Notes: generated by a model not told the origin, from the letters alone. DNA of 64,000 bases from an uncultured Pseudomonadales bacterium (GCA_964648715.1 CAZYNM010000001.1:16040-80039), one strand, 5' to 3'; positions 18,559-28,574 are shown, counted from the first letter of the stretch. Numbers and translations: made by a program.

Positions 18559-19065
18559 ATGGGTTCGAACAGTCGAAAAAGCGGTAGCGAAAGCTTCAGC
18601 GACGGCGTTATTAAGGCAATCGCAAATGCCATCGCTGCCCTCGTGATAGGACTAATTGCCTACTGGTGGGAGTTCCAGGTCAACCCATCAGGTAATTTTT
18701 CCTTTGAAGCTGATTCTTCTTCTAGCCAGCAAGTGTATGCCGTTGCCGGCGTTTCATGCCACGGGGACAAAATCCCGTGGCAGTTCGAAATTGCCGACAC
18801 ATGGTATTCATCCAGCGCCAAGAAAAGCAAAGCCACACTCCGTGTATGGCGTGCTTCTGGTACTGGAGCACATATCGATGAGCAAGAAGTTGAGATCAAA
18901 GAATCAGGACATTTCTACCTGGAAGCGTGTCCCGATGAGGAAGTCAGTGTCGCCTATGTATGGGACATCAAGTCAGGAGAACTCTTTGTACATTTCCGAG
19001 TGCACCCGGAGTTTGAGTTCTATTCTGTCAAACCAACAGCTTTACCTCAAAAGGAGGGAAAATAA
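18559..19065 (+). CDS. Single-TM protein with a small beta-rich, two-Cys domain (paralog A)
   Basis: TM segment IANAIAALVIGLIAYWW; YAVAGVSCHG...WQFE...VWD...RVHP; SD AAGGAGG 5 nt before ATG 18559. Confidence 0.8.
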   Translation: MGSNSRKSGSESFSDGVIKAIANAIAALVIGLIAYWWEFQVNPSGNFSFEADSSSSQQVYAVAGVSCHGDKIPWQFEIADTWYSSSAKKSKATLRVWRASGTGAHIDEQEVEIKESGHFYLEACPDEEVSVAYVWDIKSGELFVHFRVHPEFEFYSVKPTALPQKEGK

Positions 19066-19568
19066 TGAAAAAACGACATATCTTTCTGATCATTGGCGCC
19101 TGGGCAGTGCTCATGGCAGTAGCGTTACTCATCGTGCTCATTCCCTGGCGAGTCGCACAGGCGTTCTCCATTCTGCTTTTAGGCGTACTGTACCTTGGAC
19201 CATTCAAACTAGCCGAGGACGCATACGACTTTGTAGACAAGGTGCTTGACTCACGCTTCATGCCGGAGGTCAAAATCCACTGGAGCTGGCACTTCTTGTT
19301 TGCTGCCCTTGTTGGTAGCCTTTTTCTTGTTCTGTGGCCAGGGCTTACCGTCCTCATCGTCACAGATGGAAACTGGTACGTGGCCGAGTGGCTGTCGTAC
19401 CTCCGCCAGCTTGACAAAAGCCCTGGGCTTTTAGGTTACCCAGCCTACGCAGTCCGCCTTGGTGAGTGGGCGGCCGTCACTGCCTATGTTGGCTATGTCT
19501 ATGAAATGGCCCTGTTGAGCTTCACACGATGGTTTCAAGCCAGGAGGGAATCCAATGGCAAAAAATGA
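19065..19568 (+). CDS. Hypothetical multi-pass (about 4 TM) membrane protein
   Basis: Several hydrophobic segments; SD AGGAGG; TAATG coupling to the upstream gene. Confidence 0.8.
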   Translation: MKKRHIFLIIGAWAVLMAVALLIVLIPWRVAQAFSILLLGVLYLGPFKLAEDAYDFVDKVLDSRFMPEVKIHWSWHFLFAALVGSLFLVLWPGLTVLIVTDGNWYVAEWLSYLRQLDKSPGLLGYPAYAVRLGEWAAVTAYVGYVYEMALLSFTRWFQARRESNGKK

Positions 19569-20013
19569 CAAACAACTCCCAGAGCCGCTGCAGTGGATTC
19601 AACTGATTATCAACATTGCCCGGGTGGCCATTTACCTGGCAATGTTCATTTTCTGGCTAGTCGAGTTTGTGTTCAATCCAGCAAACAATTCTGACTACTA
19701 CCTGTATTTTGGTCACACGTACCAGGTGGCAGGTGTGGCCTGTGCGGGAGAGAACCAAACATGGCAGCTCGAAATGGCTGCCATTGAGCAGAACGGCAAA
19801 AGCAACTTTGCAAAGGCTATCATTACCCGTCAGAAAGTTGCTGAGGAACATAACCAGCGTGCTTGGATCGAGTTGCGACCCAAAGCCTCGTTGGTGTTTC
19901 CCTGCCTTGAAGACGGAACTGAAACTGAAGTTGCTCTGATTTGGGATGTCTATCCCGACAGAGCATACCTCAGGGTTCATCCACAACATGAAGTCTGGGA
20001 GGTGAACAGATAA
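19555..20013 (+). CDS. Single-TM protein with a small beta-rich, two-Cys domain (paralog B)
   Basis: TM segment IARVAIYLAMFIFWLV; YQVAGVACAG...WQLE...IWD...RVHP; SD AGGAGG. Confidence 0.8.
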   Translation: MAKNDKQLPEPLQWIQLIINIARVAIYLAMFIFWLVEFVFNPANNSDYYLYFGHTYQVAGVACAGENQTWQLEMAAIEQNGKSNFAKAIITRQKVAEEHNQRAWIELRPKASLVFPCLEDGTETEVALIWDVYPDRAYLRVHPQHEVWEVNR

Positions 20014-20041
20014 AAACACTCTAAAACTGAATAACGGGCAT

Positions 20042-20069
20042 AGCATGGGCGTCTCCAAACGCCCATGCT
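20042..20069 (+). other. Perfect 11-bp hairpin directly 5' of the ribozyme
   Basis: AGCATGGGCGT-CTCCAA-ACGCCCATGCT; no U-tract follows. Confidence 0.8.
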
Positions 20070-20070
20070 C

Positions 20071-20121
20071 TCCTTCGAGTAGTGAGTGCTACTCCTGATG
20101 AGTCCAAAAGGACGAAAAGGA
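20071..20121 (+). ncRNA. Type III hammerhead ribozyme
   Basis: Stem III TCCTT/AAGGA, cleavage triplet TTC (cut after 20076), stem I GAGTAG-TGAGTG-CTACTC, core CTGATGA, stem II GTCC-AAAA-GGAC, core GAAA. Confidence 0.92.
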
Positions 20122-20122
20122 A

Positions 20123-20482
20123 CTAGTTAAATAAAAGTGCTTTCCATTGTTGCCAGACAGTCTTTTCTGAATCTGTTACAGTGGTATCTAGCTGATTCGC
20201 ATCAGCAGTGCTGCGTAAGGTAACAACCACTTCATCTGGTCTTTGACGTAGAAGTTCATTTCTAAGGATTTTTTCTTGTGCCAGTGGCGTGAGCACATAC
20301 GCATGTTTTTGCTCTAGTTCTCGTACTTCGGCTGCTAATGCATCTCGATCTTGCTCAAGTGTCTGAACAAATGCAGAAGAATGCATAGCCTTTTGTGCGC
20401 TGTGCTCGAGAGAGAAGTACAAAAAGACTCCCACACATGCCGCAAGGCAAAGTGTAACTGGGTGGGTTATGATCTGACGCAT
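20123..20482 (-). CDS. Septum formation initiator family protein (FtsB/DivIC-like)
   Basis: N-terminal TM, coiled coil, then EKILRNELLRQRPDEVVV; C-terminal WQQWKALLF. Confidence 0.7.
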   Translation of the reverse strand: MRQIITHPVTLCLAACVGVFLYFSLEHSAQKAMHSSAFVQTLEQDRDALAAEVRELEQKHAYVLTPLAQEKILRNELLRQRPDEVVVTLRSTADANQLDTTVTDSEKTVWQQWKALLFN

Positions 20483-20621
20483 TGCAAAAAAGCCCCTGTT
20501 ATGATATTATAAGTCTTACAAAAACTCTAACTTCCTGTCAAGTAGCTTCACAGTAGAAACACGACAGGCTGTTTGTTGGTTCGATAGTAAACAACCTGCT
20601 TACTAGTATAAGAAAGACAGT

Positions 20622-21500
20622 ATGGCCAGTACAGTATCATCCTTGAGCGAGCTTCACGCCTTGTTCGTGCAAAGTCTTAAGGACGCAGGTAAAGCCCACG
20701 CGACTGTCATTGCATACAGCAAAGATATTGAACAACTAGTGTTTTTTTTGCGTGACGAAAAATCAAAAACAACTCCAGAAGCTATTACTGACACAGATAT
20801 AGAAGATTTCAAAGAGCTACTTAAAAAACAACGATACACAGGTAAGTCAATCTCAAGAAAGATCAATTCAATTAAAGCATACTTTAGGTATCTTCAAGCC
20901 CAAGGTCTGCTGCGTGATAATCCCGCAGACGTAATTACTCATCCAAAGTATGATCAATCACCTCCTCGAGTACTCACCAAAACTGAGTATCGCGCTTTAC
21001 GCGATGCTTGCCGTGGAGACGCTCGCATGGCTGCCGTTGTGGAGTTGCTCCTTCAAACTGGCATGCGCATTAGTGAACTCGCTGCACTTGAAATTCCTGA
21101 TATCGACTTTGAGCGCAATGTTATTACGATTCAACCTCAAGAAGCACGTGGCCTGCGTCGTGTGCCATTAAATACTGCTGCCAAACAGGCTGTCATGGAT
21201 TACTTGTCTCTGCGCCCAAGAGCACGAGAAAAAGTGTTGTTCCTCACAAAAACGTGTCGACCATTCTTAGTTCGTAACATCAGAACAGCACTTGATCGCT
21301 ACTTTAGACTGGCAGGAATTAAAGATGCAAAAGTGAACGACCTACGTCATACATTCATCGTGGAGCAACTTAAAGCAGGCACTCCACTGGTGTATATCTC
21401 GCAATTGGTTGGTCACAAGCGCATTACAACAACAGAGAAGTATCTCAAACTAATAGAAGCTCCAGACATGCAGCCGTCTATTCAAATTGAAGAACTCTAA
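20622..21500 (+). CDS. XerC/D-like tyrosine recombinase with an atypical active site
   Basis: N-terminal core-binding domain (TVIAYSKDI, SISRKINSIKAYFRYL); TGMRISEL, NDLRHTF, VGHKRITTTEKY. Confidence 0.9.
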   Translation: MASTVSSLSELHALFVQSLKDAGKAHATVIAYSKDIEQLVFFLRDEKSKTTPEAITDTDIEDFKELLKKQRYTGKSISRKINSIKAYFRYLQAQGLLRDNPADVITHPKYDQSPPRVLTKTEYRALRDACRGDARMAAVVELLLQTGMRISELAALEIPDIDFERNVITIQPQEARGLRRVPLNTAAKQAVMDYLSLRPRAREKVLFLTKTCRPFLVRNIRTALDRYFRLAGIKDAKVNDLRHTFIVEQLKAGTPLVYISQLVGHKRITTTEKYLKLIEAPDMQPSIQIEEL

Positions 21501-21581
21501 ACTTTCCTCTTTCCAAACATTTGCATTCACGGTAGTATACTGCCCATACTATCCCGCACTAGTACGCGGTGATAGAAATTA

Positions 21582-21926
21582 ATGAGAAAGAGGCACATGC
21601 CCATCCCAGAACGATTTTTAACTCCTTCACCTGCTGTTGAGCGTTTTTCTGGTAACTTTCTTTTTTTGCGCGCTTGGATAGAGACAGTGATGCGTTTTGA
21701 ACAATACACACCAGTGCAGCTCCCCAATAACGCAGAGTCACATTTCAGGGCAGTAGAAGACAACAGAACTCGCCTTGGCATAGGAAGTGCTAGTCATTCA
21801 GAACAGAAGTCTTTAGGTGTGGCCGCACAGATCAGGAACAAGCTTATGCGCACTCCGCAACGTGGTGGTCAGAGTGAACGCTCCAAAAGAGGTAATAAAT
21901 CTGGGCAAACAGGTAATACACACTAA
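21582..21926 (+). CDS. Hypothetical protein
   Basis: 114 aa ORF filling the gap, ending 5 nt before the next gene; basic C-terminus; start uncertain. Confidence 0.5.
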   Translation: MRKRHMPIPERFLTPSPAVERFSGNFLFLRAWIETVMRFEQYTPVQLPNNAESHFRAVEDNRTRLGIGSASHSEQKSLGVAAQIRNKLMRTPQRGGQSERSKRGNKSGQTGNTH

Positions 21927-21931
21927 AACTT

Positions 21932-22279
21932 ATGCAGGAACAACTCCCAAAACCAGAACAGATCAGCTATGATGAGTTTGTGAAACTTGATATACGAATA
22001 GCAACAGTCACCGCTGCTACAGTTGTGGAAGGTGCAGACAAACTGCTCAAACTCACTCTTGATGTTGGTGAACTTGGTGAGCGTACAGTTGTGTCTGGGA
22101 TTCGACTTTGGTATGCACCAGATGATCTAGTGGGTAGTCAGGTTGTATATTTGGCAAATCTAGCGCCGCGTATGTTACGAGGTGTACTCAGTCAAGGCAT
22201 GCTGCTGGCAGGTGGAGATGAGACAGCTCATCTCCTAAAGCCGGATGCAGCAGTGGCACCAGGAACCGCTGTTCGTTAG
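21932..22279 (+). CDS. Stand-alone tRNA-binding OB-fold protein (MetG C-terminal/Trbp111-like)
   Basis: FVKLDIRIA, ADKLLKLTLDVG, RTVVSGI, NLAPRMLRGVLSQGMLLA. Confidence 0.9.
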   Translation: MQEQLPKPEQISYDEFVKLDIRIATVTAATVVEGADKLLKLTLDVGELGERTVVSGIRLWYAPDDLVGSQVVYLANLAPRMLRGVLSQGMLLAGGDETAHLLKPDAAVAPGTAVR

Positions 22280-22370
22280 CGTAGGCAAAATAAGCTTCTT
22301 GTGCGAAAGGCATTTTGTGGGTACTATGTGCATTCATGATACAATAGCCACCAGATGAGGATATGCGTGT

Positions 22371-24299
22371 ATGGCCAAAGAAACCCTGAAACAATCTGAA
22401 GCAAAGCACAAAGAAACTGTTGAAAAAAATAATCGCTCTCGTACCCCAGAACAAGAGGAAGGATTCCGTTCCTTTTATTTCCAGTTCAACTTGGGTAACT
22501 TTTTCAATAAAGGGTTGCTGTATGTGTTTATTGCGCTTCTCTTCATTCCTTTTCTCATTTCTTTTTTTTCTGGAGAGGCTGCAAGCAAGATTACTCTTTC
22601 TGAGTTAATTGCTGATGTAAAGCAAGAAAAAGTTGAAAGAATTGAAATCTCTGGTAATGATCTCAACGTTACGTATACAGACAAGTCTCATAAGACTACT
22701 AAAAAAGAAGATGGTCAAGAGTTGGTCGCTGTGTTTAAAGCTGCAGACCTAGACCTTACCAAGACAAACATTGAAGTTGTTCAACACTCCTTTTGGAGCA
22801 TGGGTTGGGAGTTACTGATTACTTTGCTGCCAATTGTACTCATGGTTGGTTTCTTTTTATTCTTATTCCGCCAAGCACGTGGTGGACAAGATGGCATTAT
22901 GGGTATTGGTAGGAGCAAAGCGAAGCTTTTTGTGAAAGGCAAACAAAACATCACCTTCAAGGATGTTGGTGGTATGCAGGAAGCAAAAAAAGAACTTGAA
23001 GAGATTGTAGACTTTCTCAAAGATCCCAAGAAGTACGTCAAGGTTGGGGCACGGACACCAAAAGGTGTGTTACTTGTTGGTCCATCTGGTACCGGTAAAA
23101 CCTTGTTGGCTCGCGCAGTGGCTGGTGAAGCAAATGTGCAGTTTCTCTCTATAGCGGGTAGTGAATTTATGGAAATGTTGGTAGGTGTTGGTGCTTCTAG
23201 AGCAAGAGATCTTTTTGCTACCGCAAAAAAGCTAGCACCAGCAATTATTTTTATTGATGAAATTGACGCAATTGGAAGAGTACGAGGTATGGGGAGTATG
23301 GGTGGGCATGACGAGCGTGAGCAAACACTCAACCAAATCTTGGTAGAGATGGATGGTTTTACTCAAAATGATAATGTGATTGTCATGGCTGCTACCAATC
23401 GAGGTGATATGCTTGATCCAGCATTGGTGCGTCCTGGCCGCTTTGACCGACGTGTCACTGTCTCACTTCCTGATCTTGATGAGCGTAAGTATATCCTTTC
23501 CATTCACGCGAAATCAAAACCCTTTGCTGCAGAAGTAAATTGGGATAAGGTTGCCAAGCGAACAGTTGGTTTCTCTGGCGCTGATCTTGAAAATATGCTT
23601 AACGAAGCAGCAATAGCAGTCGCACGTGCCAGTAGAACAGAAATTACATCGGAGGACATAGAAGAAGCATCATTGAAGGTCAAACTGGGTCCAAGCAAGA
23701 AGCGGTTACATGATGAGTATGAGCGAAAGATGACAGCATATCATGAAGCTGGTCATGCACTTGTAGCTCACGTTTCACCAATGGCCGACCCCGTGCATCG
23801 CATTTCTATCGTGTCTCGCGGTCATGCCCTTGGTTTTACGCTCACCCCTCCTGAGCGTGACAAGCTCCAAACAACTAAATCCGAACTGCTTGATGAGATT
23901 GCCGTTCTGTTGGGTGGTCGTGCTGCTGAAAAGCTCATTTTCAATGAACTGACGGCAGGAGCAAGTAGTGACATTGAACGTGCTACGCGCATTGCGCGTG
24001 CAATGGTAATGGACTATGGTATGAGTGATTTGGGTCCCATGAACTTCTCCCCTCAATATGACATGAACTACAATCGATCCTGGGGTGAGCCGCAAAAGAT
24101 ATCAGAAGAACTACAACAAAAGGTAGATGCAGAAGTGAGAGCTTTTATTGCAGCGGGTGAAGAGACTGCACTCAAGATTCTCAAAAAATACTCAAAACAG
24201 CTTGCGCTTGTCTCAGAACGTCTACTAGAGGTAGAGTCTCTTGACGGCGATGAATTTGAAGCAGTAATGGCTATGCCCAAGGTGAAGGCAAGTGTATGA
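22371..24299 (+). CDS. ftsH: ATP-dependent zinc metalloprotease FtsH
   Basis: Two TMs, [27 protein letters not shown]. Confidence 0.97.
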   Translation: MAKETLKQSEAKHKETVEKNNRSRTPEQEEGFRSFYFQFNLGNFFNKGLLYVFIALLFIPFLISFFSGEAASKITLSELIADVKQEKVERIEISGNDLNVTYTDKSHKTTKKEDGQELVAVFKAADLDLTKTNIEVVQHSFWSMGWELLITLLPIVLMVGFFLFLFRQARGGQDGIMGIGRSKAKLFVKGKQNITFKDVGGMQEAKKELEEIVDFLKDPKKYVKVGARTPKGVLLVGPSGTGKTLLARAVAGEANVQFLSIAGSEFMEMLVGVGASRARDLFATAKKLAPAIIFIDEIDAIGRVRGMGSMGGHDEREQTLNQILVEMDGFTQNDNVIVMAATNRGDMLDPALVRPGRFDRRVTVSLPDLDERKYILSIHAKSKPFAAEVNWDKVAKRTVGFSGADLENMLNEAAIAVARASRTEITSEDIEEASLKVKLGPSKKRLHDEYERKMTAYHEAGHALVAHVSPMADPVHRISIVSRGHALGFTLTPPERDKLQTTKSELLDEIAVLLGGRAAEKLIFNELTAGASSDIERATRIARAMVMDYGMSDLGPMNFSPQYDMNYNRSWGEPQKISEELQQKVDAEVRAFIAAGEETALKILKKYSKQLALVSERLLEVESLDGDEFEAVMAMPKVKASV

Positions 24300-24946
24300 T
24301 CATGAAAGAGCAGGATCCTGAACATAAACTCCCTCGAAATACGGAAGATAGAACTAAGAAAGAAAAACCTGCCATTGAAGAAGACACTGCAGAAGGTGAA
24401 CAAGACCCCTACGCTGACTCAGTTGCGTTGTTTTCCTTACTTGTTGAAGAACATCTTACTCACAATACACTTCCTATTACCCGTATGTGGACTAGTGTCT
24501 TAGAATTTTTTGATGCCGCTCAGGTGCCTTTTGACGCAGTTAAGCTTGATAAGTATCCTGGAGAGCAAATCATACCAGGGTTAGAAGCACGTCTAGCACA
24601 AGATGTTCAACAAGATTACTTCATGATGGGCGTTGAGGATGATCAGGGCTTTGAGCAAGACATGGTGCCTCCCTTCATTATTATCATGAATGGTGAAGAA
24701 GAGATTGTTTTCTTTTCACGGGTGCAAAATAGTGAAGTGTTCATTCTTTCTCCCAAGGATCTTCCTGCTCATGAAGACTGGTCTACTGATGCATCACTTA
24801 GGCAAGCTGTTGGTGCGCTAGTCACAAAAAAGTTTGATGAGCATACCTTTTATAGCAGATACTATCGCAGTCTCACTGCCGATGACTTGCCACGTAGCAT
24901 CAAAAGGTTTTTAATTAAGACTGTTACCGCACAGAATTTCTCTTAA
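24296..24946 (+). CDS. Acidic hypothetical protein
   Basis: 216 aa ORF with ATGA overlap to ftsH. Confidence 0.7.
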   Translation: MIMKEQDPEHKLPRNTEDRTKKEKPAIEEDTAEGEQDPYADSVALFSLLVEEHLTHNTLPITRMWTSVLEFFDAAQVPFDAVKLDKYPGEQIIPGLEARLAQDVQQDYFMMGVEDDQGFEQDMVPPFIIIMNGEEEIVFFSRVQNSEVFILSPKDLPAHEDWSTDASLRQAVGALVTKKFDEHTFYSRYYRSLTADDLPRSIKRFLIKTVTAQNFS

Positions 24947-24963
24947 CGAGTTTGTGAACGTCT

Positions 24964-25914
24964 ATGCCAAATAACCCATCAAAACTTATGGTAATAGATG
25001 GACACGGACTTATTTATCGTGCCTATCACGCATTTCCCCCCCTTACTACCACAGAAGGTATACTGGTAAATGCAGTATATGGATTTACTCGCATTCTACT
25101 TACCGCACTTAGAGACATTAAACCAGAGTACTGTGTGGTGACGTTTGACCATAAGAAACCCACCTTACGAGCGCAGGCGTACGCTGAATATAAAGCACAC
25201 CGTGAAGAAATGCCGGATGACTTAAAACCTCAAATAGACATAGTCAAACAGGTAGTCCAGACACTTAATATTCCTCAGTTTGAAAAGGAAGGGTACGAAG
25301 CAGACGATTTAATGGGAACCATTAGCCGGCAAGTGTGTGAAGAAACTAATATCCATGTTGTTATCGTCTCAGGAGACAAGGATTTACTTCAACTAGTAAC
25401 TGAGTGTGTGCATGTTTGGATGCCCCCACGCGGTAAGGATGGTGTGGAGCTAGAGTATGGGCCACAAGAAGTACAACATTTGCTTAAAGTTATCCCAACT
25501 CAAGTTCCTGATCTCAAGGGTTTGATGGGGGATACATCAGATAACATACCTGGAGTAAGGGGTATAGGACCCAAAACTGCACAGATACTTATTGAGCATT
25601 TTCACAGCGTTGAAGGGGTATACGAAGCTGTTGACTCAATAGAAAAGGGAACGAGTAGCCCAGCGCACCTCTCTGTACTTAAAGGAAGTACGCTCACAAA
25701 GCTAATTGCAGATAAAGATGCCGCGTTTTTGAGTAAAAAACTAGCTACCATAGACCGATACGCACCCGTCACTTTCAATCTTGACGCATGTGTGGTCTCT
25801 GACTTCAATAAGCAAGCAGTTATAGAACTCTTTGAACGACTGTTATTTAAATCATTAATACCTTTGTTGCCAAAGGATGATTTTGAGCTTGGAGTGCAGA
25901 ATGCGCTTTTTTAA
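24964..25914 (+). CDS. Stand-alone 5'-3' exonuclease / flap endonuclease (PolA N-terminal domain)
   Basis: IDGHGLIYRAYHA, YKAHR, GYEADD, SGDKDLLQL, GDTSDNIPGVRGIGPKTA; ends without a polymerase domain. Confidence 0.92.
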   Translation: MPNNPSKLMVIDGHGLIYRAYHAFPPLTTTEGILVNAVYGFTRILLTALRDIKPEYCVVTFDHKKPTLRAQAYAEYKAHREEMPDDLKPQIDIVKQVVQTLNIPQFEKEGYEADDLMGTISRQVCEETNIHVVIVSGDKDLLQLVTECVHVWMPPRGKDGVELEYGPQEVQHLLKVIPTQVPDLKGLMGDTSDNIPGVRGIGPKTAQILIEHFHSVEGVYEAVDSIEKGTSSPAHLSVLKGSTLTKLIADKDAAFLSKKLATIDRYAPVTFNLDACVVSDFNKQAVIELFERLLFKSLIPLLPKDDFELGVQNALF

Positions 25915-25937
25915 GTAGAGCAGGGTATACTATGCCT

Positions 25938-27041
25938 ATGGCAAAGCCTCGAATAGCACTCATACATGACTACTTACGAGAGTATGGGGGTGCAGAGCGT
26001 GTGTTGGAAGCACTGCACGATCTTTATCCAGATGCACCTGTGTACACTGCTTTTTTTGATCGTGTTTCACTTGGTGTGCACGCTGACCGTTTTGCTGGCT
26101 GGGACATTCGAGAAACTAGAATGACTTGGTTGCCCTTCTATAGACAACTGCATTCACCGTACCGTATCTGTGCTCCTTTTTTTTTCAAAATGCTTGACCT
26201 ACGTGCGTTTGATTGTGTCATATCTTCAACCAATGCCTACTATGCAAAAGCGGTTGAGGTACCTCATGGTGTTCACATATGTTATTGTCACACTCCGCCA
26301 CGTGCTTTGTATGGATATACAACAGTAAGTGACTGGAAAAAGAATCCCTTGATCAGAATTTTAGGTGAAGTAAGCAACCATTTCTTGCGTATAGTTGACT
26401 TTGCACTTGCACAAAAAGTAGATCATTTCATTGCTAATTCGCAAGAAACAGCTCGGAGAATCAAGAAATTTTACAATCGTGAAAGTACTGTCATCCATCC
26501 ACCTGTACAAGTCAGTGAGTACGCACCAAAAGAACAAGTACGATCTTATTTTCTGTATGTGAATAGACTGGCGCTTGCCAAGCATCCTGAATTGGCAGTA
26601 GCTGTTTGTACGCAGGAGAATCTACCACTTAAAGTAGTCGGTGAAGGACGGATGCGTGCAGAACTTGAAAGTATGGCAGGACCCACTATTACGTTTTTAG
26701 GTGGGGTAAGTGATGCAGAGCTCGCTCATCTCTATCAGGGAGCACAGGCACTTTTGTATCCAGTTGAAGATGAAGATTTTGGCATTGTACCTGTTGAGGC
26801 AATGGGCTGGGGTGTACCAGTAATTGCCCATAACTCAGGAGGGCCAAAAGAAACCATCAAAGATGGAGTAACGGGTGTACTATTTAATGAACTGTCTGTG
26901 TCAGCACTTTCTCAGGCACTGCACCATGCCAGAACCAAACAGTTCTCGGTACAAACTCTTCACGAACATGCACGCAGTTTTGCTGTTCCCGTATTCAAGA
27001 AAAAAATTGCAGCATTTGTTCGGAAGGCTATGAAGGAGTAA
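25938..27041 (+). CDS. GT4 family glycosyltransferase
   Basis: HDYLREYGGAERV, YCHTPPR, EDFGIVPVEAM. Start may be 25932 or 25938. Confidence 0.9.
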   Translation: MAKPRIALIHDYLREYGGAERVLEALHDLYPDAPVYTAFFDRVSLGVHADRFAGWDIRETRMTWLPFYRQLHSPYRICAPFFFKMLDLRAFDCVISSTNAYYAKAVEVPHGVHICYCHTPPRALYGYTTVSDWKKNPLIRILGEVSNHFLRIVDFALAQKVDHFIANSQETARRIKKFYNRESTVIHPPVQVSEYAPKEQVRSYFLYVNRLALAKHPELAVAVCTQENLPLKVVGEGRMRAELESMAGPTITFLGGVSDAELAHLYQGAQALLYPVEDEDFGIVPVEAMGWGVPVIAHNSGGPKETIKDGVTGVLFNELSVSALSQALHHARTKQFSVQTLHEHARSFAVPVFKKKIAAFVRKAMKE

Positions 27042-28449
27042 CTTCCACTAGTGCCACTTCAAATACTCCCAGTGGGACAAGTACTTGTACTTCACCTGTT
27101 TGTGTCACCACGGATTTAGTCTGTGCAGCTTTACTTAAGTAGGTAATTTTTACAGTGTATGTTCCCGGAGAGACATTCTTAAAAGTTACGGGGACAGTTT
27201 CTACGTTTTTCCCGTTTGGATCATAGTTGGAGAGGATCACTTGCCAGTGTGTTGCATCTGTACGTGCAGCAAGCGCTTTGACAAAGGTGCCTTTGCCAAC
27301 CAACTGTAGTCGTTCCCTACCAATGGTTTCCAGTAATCTCAGCGCGTGGTATCTTGGCTTGGCTTGGTTGCCATGATCTGTATGTGTGAATAGACCCCAG
27401 CGTCCCCAGCGTGCTTGTCCTGCTGGATCTTTACCATCCTGCACTTCAAACACAAAAGCCTTGTTCACAATGCCTACCATCTCAATGCCTCCTGCTACGG
27501 TGTGGGCAGCCGATTGTGTGCCATCATATCCCGGATGATTTTTGCTGTCATGTCCCCACTCAGTAATGTGAAACTCTACAGTAGGCTCAAGCTGTGGGTA
27601 GTTTGTCATCCATTGACGCACATCCGTCATATCTTTTCGGAAAACATCAATGTCGGTGTCATACCGGTGCCAGGAGAAAAAATCAAATTTAAGATGGTTC
27701 TCACTCACATGCTTCATGAGTGCATCAAACCAGTTTTTGTATAAAGCAGTAATGGCAGGACCACCCAACTTAAAGGGTTGTGAAACACGTGCTGTGGCAG
27801 CACCCTGTGCAGCATAGGTATAGAGGGTGAGGTAATTGCGCGAACCATAGTATTTCCAGCCACCAAAAAGATCTGGTTCGTTCCATACTTCATAGTACAC
27901 ATCACGTGTTGCGCGTGTTCCACTGACATGTTCAATTGTTTTTTGAACCATCAACTGCCAATCTTCATACCGTGTTGGCGGTGCTGTAAGTTCCCCACCT
28001 TGTGCTAAGCTTGGTGCCATGTAGGACAATGAGATATATGGCTTGGCCCCCACAGATTGAATGTCATCAAGTATTTGATCAAACTTTGAAAAGTTAAACT
28101 GTATATTTCCAGGCGTTCCAGAGACAATATCATAAAAATCAAAAATATGATCAAGTCGAATATACTCGGGGTGAAGAGCTCGTACTTGACTGACTAGAGG
28201 CTGTAGTCGCCACTCATGATCTTCACCTCCTTGTGCTAGGTGTCGCCATGGGCGGTCAAACGTACCAAGTACTGCAGTTGTGTCTATTACAATGTTAGCT
28301 GGTTCTGGAGCAGCATGTGGTAATAAGTTGGTAACCACATCAAGGTTCCGAACACTCAGCACCAAACTCAGACCAATAATGAAAGTAAGTACCAACGCTC
28401 CTATTGACTGCTTAATCAGTTTCCTGCCAACTCCAGCACGTGTAATCAT
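27028..28449 (-). CDS. Membrane-anchored glycoside hydrolase, clan GH-A (GH39-like)
   Basis: N-terminal TM; IRLDHIFD, YEVWNEPD (acid/base), FFSWHRY, HITEWG (nucleophile). Confidence 0.8.
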   Translation of the reverse strand: MITRAGVGRKLIKQSIGALVLTFIIGLSLVLSVRNLDVVTNLLPHAAPEPANIVIDTTAVLGTFDRPWRHLAQGGEDHEWRLQPLVSQVRALHPEYIRLDHIFDFYDIVSGTPGNIQFNFSKFDQILDDIQSVGAKPYISLSYMAPSLAQGGELTAPPTRYEDWQLMVQKTIEHVSGTRATRDVYYEVWNEPDLFGGWKYYGSRNYLTLYTYAAQGAATARVSQPFKLGGPAITALYKNWFDALMKHVSENHLKFDFFSWHRYDTDIDVFRKDMTDVRQWMTNYPQLEPTVEFHITEWGHDSKNHPGYDGTQSAAHTVAGGIEMVGIVNKAFVFEVQDGKDPAGQARWGRWGLFTHTDHGNQAKPRYHALRLLETIGRERLQLVGKGTFVKALAARTDATHWQVILSNYDPNGKNVETVPVTFKNVSPGTYTVKITYLSKAAQTKSVVTQTGEVQVLVPLGVFEVALVEVTPS

Positions 28450-28484
28450 GCATCTATCTTGTCATACTTTTTGTATGCTGTCAT

Positions 28485-28521
28485 TTGACTTTTTTTAGCA
28501 AAGACTATATAGTAGTGCTAA
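28485..28521 (+). promoter_or_regulatory. hrcA promoter with CIRCE
   Basis: TTGACT-17-TATAGT; TTAGCAAAG-N9-TAGTGCTAA (28495-28521). Confidence 0.8.
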
Positions 28522-28574
28522 TTTGGCTATCCATGTGCCTTGCAGATGAGTGAGAAGCCAGGTATAAAAGTATT

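Noticed and set aside
18656-19249. 197-aa alternative-frame ORF
   Set aside because: Overlaps two better-supported genes that have SDs and a paralog; Ser/Arg-rich composition typical of an off-frame read.
20500-20545. Possible dif site upstream of the recombinase (...CCTGTCAAGT)
   Set aside because: Only a partial arm match; better explained as the TTGACA -35 box of the divergent ftsB-like gene.
18336-21500. Integrative element bounded by the tRNA and the tyrosine recombinase
   Set aside because: No duplicated tRNA 3' end (attR) found, a core-type ftsB-like gene lies between cassette and recombinase, and the recombinase looks Xer-like.
24964-25914. polA pseudogene
   Set aside because: The domain is complete with intact acidic motifs and a clean stop; stand-alone or split 5' nucleases are common.
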